64,000 nt of DNA from a virus (Duplodnaviria; Heunggongvirae; Uroviricota; Caudoviricetes): the IMG/VR virus record IMGVR_UViG_3300029533_000034; one strand, 5' to 3'. Each line of letters opens with the position of its first letter. Position 1 is the stretch's first letter. The notes beneath the pieces are model-generated. The model worked only from the letters and a program-made list of their open reading frames with translations, was not told the DNA's origin and made no database searches. Positions 56,486-64,000 of this stretch are shown here, piece by piece. A program made the translations under genes and the position numbers.

Positions 56486-56662
56486 ATGGAAATTCATAAA
56501 AGAAACGTTGTGATCAAATGTCATGAGTGTGGTCGGGATTATGAAGATACGCAGGTAATTGTGAATGGTATTCCGAGTTACAAATTTCATATATGTCCGG
56601 AATGTCAAAGAAAATTAGTTGAGGCAGTTTTTGGGAACAACGGAAATAACATAAGGAAGTGA
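56486..56662 (+). CDS. 58-aa zinc-ribbon protein, paralog of 25991-26176
   Basis: CHECGRDYEDTQVIVNGIPSYKFHICPECQRK aligns with the 25991 protein. Confidence 0.45.
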   Translation: MEIHKRNVVIKCHECGRDYEDTQVIVNGIPSYKFHICPECQRKLVEAVFGNNGNNIRK

Positions 56663-56666
56663 ATGT

Positions 56667-57431
56667 ATGAAAAAAATAATAAAGCGTATGCTTCAGGCAA
56701 AAACAAAAGAAGAACTTTTGACATGCGAGGTAGATCTGCAGATTCAATACAATCACCTTTCAGAAGAATTGTTGGAGGATGGTGCGATAAGCGAAAAGGA
56801 TTACGAGGGAATTTTCACGTTTTACCGTTCCTCTCGTGAATTGTTGGTGGATATTAATGAGAAAGCAGAAAATTTACATAAAAAATTTCCGAGAGCCATT
56901 GAGATTTTACAGCTTGCGATTTTGTACTATTCCCGAGAAATTCTGAATTTGTTGTATTCGGGATATTGGGATAATCTGCTTGTGATGAAGGGCAAGAAAA
57001 AAGAGCGGTTTGTTAATCTGGTTGAAGAACTTGAAAAAAGCCAGATGGGATTATTCCTTGGTCTGTGGCGGTGTTTTTCTTTTGCAGTTATCGGTATTGG
57101 GGATTACAAAAAAAGATCAGAAAGCCGGAATCGCAAAAGGTGGACTGAATATTGTACTGTATTAGAATTGGATCAGCCAGAGGAAATTACTATTTATAAC
57201 AATGATTATGAAGAGCTTTTGAATCATTCTTTAACTTCCTTTGGTGGAAGCCTATTTTCGCAAATTGTAGACGGGTGTCTCGGGCAATACATTGCTTATT
57301 TTACAAAGATCGAATACATACTTAATTATCAGCCGATTTTCGTAGGCGCAGCATTTACATTGTTAAAAAATATAGTAGAAGAAAAAGAGAAAATCGCAGA
57401 AAACCGAGGTGCAAAAGATGTTAAACATTAA
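56667..57431 (+). CDS. hypothetical protein
   Basis: AAGGAAGTG RBS. Confidence 0.55.
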   Translation: MKKIIKRMLQAKTKEELLTCEVDLQIQYNHLSEELLEDGAISEKDYEGIFTFYRSSRELLVDINEKAENLHKKFPRAIEILQLAILYYSREILNLLYSGYWDNLLVMKGKKKERFVNLVEELEKSQMGLFLGLWRCFSFAVIGIGDYKKRSESRNRKRWTEYCTVLELDQPEEITIYNNDYEELLNHSLTSFGGSLFSQIVDGCLGQYIAYFTKIEYILNYQPIFVGAAFTLLKNIVEEKEKIAENRGAKDVKH

Positions 57432-57613
57432 CAATATGTGCTTAAAAGAAAAGATTTTGATGTTTTTGAACTAGGTTATAAACTTATGGAGAAAAGCCAC
57501 AGGCTTGCCTGTGGGATGAAGCCCTATTTTCCACTTGTTTTTTAGTATGCTGTTGTTTATTATGCGAACAATTTAAAACATTATGTTCCATTGGAAGATT
57601 TGGAGGTGATGCC

Positions 57614-59317
57614 ATGATAAATGGAGAGTTGATAGTAGACAATTTTGCCGGCGGTGGCGGTGCATCCACTGGTATAGAACTAGCAACAGGCTACAGTGTA
57701 GACATAGCCATCAACCATGATCCGGAAGCTATAAAAATGCATAGAGCGAACCATCCGAACACAAAGCATTACTGTGAAAATGTGTGGGCGGTTGATCCGG
57801 TCAAGGCATGCAATGGGCATCCTATCGGACTTGCCTGGTTCTCGCCGGACTGTAAGCATTTCAGTAAGGCGAAAGGCGGAAAACCAAAGGATAAGAATAT
57901 CCGTGGTCTTGCTTGGGTAGCATTACGCTGGGCAGGACTTGTCAGACCGAGGGTTATCATGTTGGAGAACGTGGAAGAGTTCAAGACATGGGGACCATTG
58001 AATCGGCGGCATCATCCAATTAAGGCAAAACAGGGTAAGACATTTGAGCGGTTTGTGCAACAACTTCGGGAGCTTGGCTATGAAGTGGAGTTCCGTGAGC
58101 TGATTGCTGCCGATTATGGTGCGCCGACCATGCGCAAACGATTCTTTATGATCGCGCGGTGTGACGGCAAGCCGATTGTATGGCCAGAGCCAACACACGG
58201 ACCGGCAGACAGTGAAGAGGTAAAAGCCGGACTGTTAAAACCATACGTTGGAGCATACACGCAGATTGATTTCAGCCGGCCGTGTCCTTCGATTTTTGAT
58301 ACATCAGAGGAGATCAAAGAAAAGTACGGCATCCGGGCAGTACGTCCATTGGCGCAGAAAACAATGGATCGAATCGCAAGAGGATTGAAAAAGTTCGTAT
58401 TAGACAATCCGGAGCCGTTTATTATTCAGTGTAACCACGGCGGCGAGCGCAGACCGAACGATATCCGGGAACCGATGCCGACCATAACCGGAAAGCATGG
58501 ATACGGGATTGTGGAACCTAAGATTGTTCCATATATTGGAACCAATACAACAAATCATCCAGGTGGAAATTGTAAAAATCCTATACATACAATTACCACA
58601 GGAAATCAACAGTGTCTTATCAGCCCAACGCTGATTCAGTATTATTCCGGAACATCGAAGGATGAAGTCAGAGGGCAATCGATTGAAGAACTGATTATGA
58701 CCGTGGATGGTTCGAACCGATACGGATTGGTCACGTCGTTTTTACATAAATATTATGATGGAGGATACACTGGAGCTGGTGATACTGTCGAAAATCCGTT
58801 GCCGACAGTAACATCCTGGGATCATAACAGTCTGTGTGCAGTTAATCTGATCCAAATGAATAATCATTGCGATGGAAGGGACGTGAAGGAGCCAATTCCA
58901 ACAATCACAGCAGGCGATGGTCATTTCGGAGAGGTTAGAGCATTTCTGATCAAGTATTATGGTTCGGGAACTGGACAGGATGTTAAGGAACCTTTGGATA
59001 CGGTTACATCAAGAGATCGATTTGGTTTAGTTACAATTAATGGTACCGATTATCAGATCGTAGACATCGGATTGCGGATGCTAGAGCCAAAAGAACTGTA
59101 TGGATGCCAGGGATTCCCCGATGATTATATTATAGACCATGACTACACAGGGAAAAAGTATCCGAGAAGTGAACAGGTACGTAGATGTGGCAATGCAGTA
59201 TGTCCGCCAATACCGGCTGCATTGGTAAAAGCGAATCTGCCGGAGTTATGTGTGGCGAAGCGTACCGGCAATATGAAAATCCGGGAGGAACAGACCGGAC
59301 AGCTTAGATTTGCATAA
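57614..59317 (+). CDS. orphan DNA (cytosine-5)-methyltransferase with long C-terminal target-recognition region
   Basis: motif I DNFAGGGGAS, catalytic SPDCKHFS (PC-type), ENV motif MLENVEEF, TMRKRFFMIA. Confidence 0.75.
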   Translation: MINGELIVDNFAGGGGASTGIELATGYSVDIAINHDPEAIKMHRANHPNTKHYCENVWAVDPVKACNGHPIGLAWFSPDCKHFSKAKGGKPKDKNIRGLAWVALRWAGLVRPRVIMLENVEEFKTWGPLNRRHHPIKAKQGKTFERFVQQLRELGYEVEFRELIAADYGAPTMRKRFFMIARCDGKPIVWPEPTHGPADSEEVKAGLLKPYVGAYTQIDFSRPCPSIFDTSEEIKEKYGIRAVRPLAQKTMDRIARGLKKFVLDNPEPFIIQCNHGGERRPNDIREPMPTITGKHGYGIVEPKIVPYIGTNTTNHPGGNCKNPIHTITTGNQQCLISPTLIQYYSGTSKDEVRGQSIEELIMTVDGSNRYGLVTSFLHKYYDGGYTGAGDTVENPLPTVTSWDHNSLCAVNLIQMNNHCDGRDVKEPIPTITAGDGHFGEVRAFLIKYYGSGTGQDVKEPLDTVTSRDRFGLVTINGTDYQIVDIGLRMLEPKELYGCQGFPDDYIIDHDYTGKKYPRSEQVRRCGNAVCPPIPAALVKANLPELCVAKRTGNMKIREEQTGQLRFA

Positions 59318-59550
59318 ATTGCATAAATTGCTATACTGTAAAAAGAAAATGTAAACATTGCTATCATTTGTATTTTTATAGGCGTTCATATGCGCAATAC
59401 ATAATTCTTTTTGAAAAAGCAATGAGATGGTAACAAAGAAAAAAGGAGAGTGAAAGAGTGGTTTAAAATTTTGAGGCGTATGGAGTTGAAATTACGGTAG
59501 AGAAACCAATTGCTGTATGCGTAGCGTGCTCATTTTGTGTAAACATAGAT

Positions 59551-59916
59551 ATGGCGGTGGATAAAAATGTTACTCATTTTTGTGAAATTCTTGGGAAAGA
59601 AATGACTAATCAAGAAGCTGATAATAAACCTTGTTCAGAATGTCCAATTACATATAGAAATAAAGAGTCTTTAAATGAAAAGAAGGAGAAAGGAAAAATG
59701 TTGATAATAAGTATTGTAATTTTATTTATGGGACTTGTATACATGGGGTCTATTGGAGTTGAAACTTTTTCACGCTCATTAATTTTTATTATGATTTCCA
59801 TCGTTGAGCTTTTTCTTATCGTGTATGCGGACCGAAAAGATTTTGAAGAAAAAAGAAAACGTGATCATTCCATAACTCAATATGATCCGGATGAAGAAAC
59901 AATAGAAGAGAATTAA
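59551..59916 (+). CDS. small protein with C-terminal TM helix (alternative strong-RBS start at 59698)
   Basis: ORF. Confidence 0.4.
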   Translation: MAVDKNVTHFCEILGKEMTNQEADNKPCSECPITYRNKESLNEKKEKGKMLIISIVILFMGLVYMGSIGVETFSRSLIFIMISIVELFLIVYADRKDFEEKRKRDHSITQYDPDEETIEEN

Positions 59917-60139
59917 AAAAATGGGGGATGAAATTTGCTATTTGCATGCTTCAGAATAAGAAATTAAAAGGATAATGGGGAATAGAAATGGGAGTTTTTC
60001 AAACAAAAGTATACAAGGAATGTTATCCATTTTCGAGAGAGGTTTTGTACAATACAGAAAAACGGAAATTAATAATTCATTTACTAGATATGCCATATCA
60101 ATGCTTTCAGTTATTTGAATAAAGGTGGTGATATAATTA

Positions 60140-60408
60140 TGCATGAAATAGAAAACAAAATTTTAGAAGAATTGCTTGTTGCACCTTTGTGCATTGTTCA
60201 AGACCGGTATGGTGGATGTTATTCTGGAGCAGAATATCTGGCATTTAATATGGAACCGTATTTAGTAACAGAATTGGACGTAGATGCAGGTGATATGAGC
60301 TGTCGCGATTTTTGGGAATACGAAGCGAAAGAGTATATTATTGGAAAAGGAAATACTCCGTTAGAAGCACTATGCGATTTACAAATTAAATTAACTTCAA
60401 AGAAGTGA
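60140..60408 (+). CDS. hypothetical protein
   Basis: AAAGGTGGTG RBS. Confidence 0.45.
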
Positions 60409-60602
60409 TTGTGGCAGAAAGAACGGGTATAAAATGAAAAAGCTTCCATGGCTTGTCTTATCTATCAATAACAGCAGAGTACCACTTCCATAGGATGCTC
60501 CGCATGGGAGTGGTAGTTCATAAAAAAGCTTCCATCAATGCTTTTGAAAAGCTATAATTATAACGTGTTATGGTCAAGCTTATAATAAGGAGATGAATAA
60601 AT

Positions 60603-61013
60603 ATGTACGGTATATCAAGGAAAATCCATGAGAGATTCATAAATAGAAAGTCAAAGAAACACGATGAAAAATATACAGTTCCATTTCCTACGGATATTCC
60701 AAACCCTAGTCTCGTGGTTATCGGTACTCCGGGGTGTGGTAAATGTCGGATGCCTCTACGCATCCGTGAAATATATTGTGACCAGAAAGAAATCACCAAC
60801 CCATTTGCAACAAAGCCAACCGGCTTTGAGGTACAAACTGCAGATGATGAAGATTTCAAAGTAAATGCTACGACAGTAAAGCAGCCAATAACAAGCACTT
60901 CTACCACAATGACAGATGTTCCATTTGGAAAGTTCGTGCGAGTAAGAACGTACAACGATTCCGGATCAAGTAAGATTGTTGGACGGTGGAGCGAAGCAAT
61001 CAAAATCAAATAA
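60603..61013 (+). CDS. hypothetical protein
   Basis: AAGGAGATG RBS. Confidence 0.5.
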   Translation: MYGISRKIHERFINRKSKKHDEKYTVPFPTDIPNPSLVVIGTPGCGKCRMPLRIREIYCDQKEITNPFATKPTGFEVQTADDEDFKVNATTVKQPITSTSTTMTDVPFGKFVRVRTYNDSGSSKIVGRWSEAIKIK

Positions 61014-61218
61014 GATCCAAAAGAAAGGCACCCGAAAGGATGTCTTTTTCTTTGCAAAAATGTATATATACGCTATAATCGCATAATTATATCTACTATG
61101 AGCATGGAATTTTCAACAAATACCAGGCGAACGATGACATTCTCTACGAGGATGCCTTCGGCAACATCGTCATCCAGACGGAATCCACAGACCGGAACAG
61201 TAACAGCTTTTCCGCACT

Positions 61219-61249
61219 ATAGGGTATAATGGGATGTATGGGTTAAAAT
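61219..61249 (+). repeat. solitary half-degenerate CRISPR repeat (3' half ATGGGATGTATGGGTTAAAAT matches the consensus)
   Basis: alignment to the repeat consensus. Confidence 0.35.
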
Positions 61250-62186
61250 GCAATCAGGCTGCGGATGCTACCGGCTTGTTGCGCCTTATGAGGCGCATGG
61301 ATGGGAACTGCGGCAGCCAGTTTCTTGCTTTGAAATGTCTCACATGGCATCGTCTTCACCTTGTTGAATGCATGACCAGGGAGAAAACTTATCTTATCTC
61401 CAATCTTTATCTGAAATTCAGCGAATTGCAGATGCTTGAAGGAGATGACCAGCCTTTCTGCGATATATATGGCGCTACATTTTCCAGTGTATTAATGGAA
61501 TACCTTTCCCCGGAAGAAATTTTAGCTTCTTCCGAAGAAGATCTGATTGCATTACTTGCTGAAAAAGCCGCAACCGCATTAAGGATATAAGCAAGACCGC
61601 AGATTTATTAAAGAAAGCTGCCAGAGATTCTTATCGTCTGGATAAAGCTCTTTATGAGCCTTTAAATGTGTCTATTGCCAGTTCTTTCAACTGCATTGAA
61701 ACCTTTAAAAGAGAAATCAAAGCCATTGACAATGTTATCGAAAAGGAAATCAAAGGTTTGAACCCAAATGCCTTTATTATTCTTCAATCTATTGATGGCA
61801 TCGGTCCTGTCTTTGCTGGTTGCATAATTGCTGAAATAGGCGATATAACCGCTTTTCATTCATCTGATGCTCTTGCCAAGTACGCCGGTCTCACATGGAA
61901 ATCCAACCAGTCCGGTGATTTCGACGGAGAAGATACTCCCATGATAAAAGCCGGTAATCGTTATCTGCGATACTATATTGGCGAAGCTGTCAACAGTATG
62001 AGAAAACACAACGTTGAGTACAGAGTGTACTATCGGAAGAAGTACAATGAAGTTCCGAAACATCAACACAAAAGAGCACTCGCGCTGACTTCACGCAAAT
62101 TCGTTCGTTTGGTTTATGGATTGCTGGCCAGAAACCAACTGTACTCCGGCGTATCGCTGGATACATCAATTAAAGATTCTAACTAG
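61234..62186 (+). mobile_element. IS110-family transposase remnant (C-terminal domain intact in ORF 61668-62186; upstream part frameshifted; N-terminal DEDD domain absent)
   Basis: LQSIDGIGPVFAGCIIAEIGDITAFHSSDALAKYAGLTWKSNQSGDF...KAGNRYLRYYI is the IS110/IS116/IS902 C-terminal signature. Confidence 0.55.
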
Positions 62187-62685
62187 TCGAACTTATGTTT
62201 TGATTGAATCATAGGTCTATTAAAGTTACCCTTTTTCTGAAAAACATATCGAAATCTTTTCAAAAATCATCTTGACATATCACCAGATTGCTTTCTTTCA
62301 TGCGTAATATAACGATACATCTTTATGCCATATATACATTATGTGACATTCTGTTGGTAAAGTCAAACAATTTACACCTTAAAAGATGTAAAATCGTGAT
62401 TGACTTTACACCCTTTAAGGTGTAAAATAAACATATAAGTTATAGGGGAGGACGGCTATGAAATATGAAGTAACATATTCCTGCGGTCATACAGGAACCG
62501 TTCAGCTATACGGGAAACAGATGAAAGAGAACGGAAGATTTCCTATTATAAAGAATACGGACTCTGCTCTGAGTGTCAGAAAAAACAAAAGCAGAAAGAG
62601 AATGAAAAAATGGGGTTTGTATTGTGCAGTACTGTAGAATATGAACTTTCAGGGAAAAGATTAAAGAAGAGGTAGGTATTGACTA

Positions 62686-63252
62686 ATGGATGGAATATAT
62701 TATAAAAATGTGGATATTTACGATTTGCCATCAATACTGGAAAACGGATTGCTCAGTATGGATGAATCCGGCAATAATAATTGGCAGGATAACAACCGTG
62801 TAGACAACCGGACAGATGTCGTATATTTATTCCGACCGGTAAATGAAGGAACTTTGCTGGAAATTCCATCATTCCCTGAATATGGTGTTGCACTGGTAGA
62901 ATGTATCGCGGATGCCGAACCATCCAAAATGTCATTGCAGGACTGCCATTTTGGAAAATACAGGGAATATATTGCAAAAAGAATTGCCCCGGAAAATATA
63001 TTGCGTGTATTTATACCTAAACTTTTCGAGAAAAATATTGATATTGCATCGGATAAGATATGTTTATGCAGGATGAAAGCAAGTGTGTATGGAAAAGATG
63101 GACTTGTCGAGGCATCTGCAGATACTTTGAAACTGTTTGCTGAAACAGCACCAGTACGCTGGACACAGATTGACGGGTATTTCCGAGGAATATACAATGA
63201 CGGAAGTGGAGTATTCGACCTTTATAATGTAAGATACCAGATTCCGGAATAA
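62686..63252 (+). CDS. hypothetical protein
   Basis: ORF. Confidence 0.5.
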   Translation: MDGIYYKNVDIYDLPSILENGLLSMDESGNNNWQDNNRVDNRTDVVYLFRPVNEGTLLEIPSFPEYGVALVECIADAEPSKMSLQDCHFGKYREYIAKRIAPENILRVFIPKLFEKNIDIASDKICLCRMKASVYGKDGLVEASADTLKLFAETAPVRWTQIDGYFRGIYNDGSGVFDLYNVRYQIPE

Positions 63253-63303
63253 TTTAAAAAATCAAAGGAATGTGGGTAATGAAAAATGGAAGGTGAAAGT
63301 TTT

Positions 63304-63939
63304 ATGAAAATAACCGGAAGACAAACAGAACCTATTAAATGTTATAAAAAAGACCAGTTAACAGAGGATTTTTTTGCTGGACAGATCTGTTCCCGTAAGG
63401 GAATGGAGACAGAAAAATATTGGAGTGATGCATTCAAATCCAGTCTCCGAGACATTCTTGATGAAGTATACTGCAGCGATTATGAAGACATCAGGGATGA
63501 TATTGATTCAGACTGGAACATGGATTACGAAACATACCAGAATCATTACAGTTTCATCTGCGGAATCATTGATATGGATATGAAAGACACATATGAAAGT
63601 TATTCTAGTAAGATGGAAAGAATCGGGAAAATATCTTCTGCGTATGCAAATGCCATTCATAATTTTCCGGATGACATTGCTTACACGGTTTCTTTTTCCA
63701 GGAGCAGCTGTTCGGTATATCTGAATACAGATATTCCTGTCCGGAAGGATTCCGTAGAACGATTTCTCTCCGTTCTTGAACCTTTACAGGGAATTATAGT
63801 ATCGGAAACATATTCCGGATATGAGAGAAAAGATTACGAAGACAGCAGCCTTACAATAAGGATATCAGACCATGATTTCGGGGGAAACAGGGATTATTCC
63901 TACCAGTTCCCATGTGTTAATGTGATTGTTGAAGTATAA
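63304..63939 (+). CDS. hypothetical acidic protein
   Basis: GGAAGGTGAAAG RBS. Confidence 0.5.
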   Translation: MKITGRQTEPIKCYKKDQLTEDFFAGQICSRKGMETEKYWSDAFKSSLRDILDEVYCSDYEDIRDDIDSDWNMDYETYQNHYSFICGIIDMDMKDTYESYSSKMERIGKISSAYANAIHNFPDDIAYTVSFSRSSCSVYLNTDIPVRKDSVERFLSVLEPLQGIIVSETYSGYERKDYEDSSLTIRISDHDFGGNRDYSYQFPCVNVIVEV

Positions 63940-64000
63940 CATGAATTCTAAAAAATAAAGGGATCAGAGAAAAAATGCTTAAATATAAAATAAATATTTT

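Noticed and set aside
62270-62310. TTGACA...GCGTAATAT at about 62270 as a twelfth promoter copy
   Set aside because: The spacing between TTGACA and the -10-like element is about 26 nt, and the GGCGCAAT block is absent.

Overview
This 64 kb window looks like part of a low-GC (~38%) Firmicutes-type phage or large prophage. About 110 genes are encoded almost entirely on the plus strand, and most are small hypotheticals.

Typical phage and jumbo-phage content is present:
- an SF2 helicase
- two orphan DNA methyltransferases
- an HNH endonuclease
- an AAA+ ATPase next to a separate FtsH-like M41 protease gene
- a flotillin (SPFH domain protein)
- a radical-SAM-like protein
- a 12th tRNA (CAT anticodon) and one atypical tRNA-like gene
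- many paralog families and pseudogene fragments

An 11-tRNA operon on the opposite strand is the only minus-strand block.

The standout is a type I-C CRISPR-Cas module that has only cas5c, cas8c and cas7c. It lacks cas3, cas4, cas1 and cas2 in the window and is wired to the element's own recurring promoter. Four degenerate mini-arrays and three solitary repeats are scattered over ~50 kb and interleaved with cargo genes.

The second notable system is a family of four paralogous ~140-nt structured RNAs with a tRNA-like 3' domain. Each copy sits directly behind the same conserved promoter, and 11 copies of that promoter are present in total.

Coordinates of RNA features and repeats are approximate (+/-2 nt).
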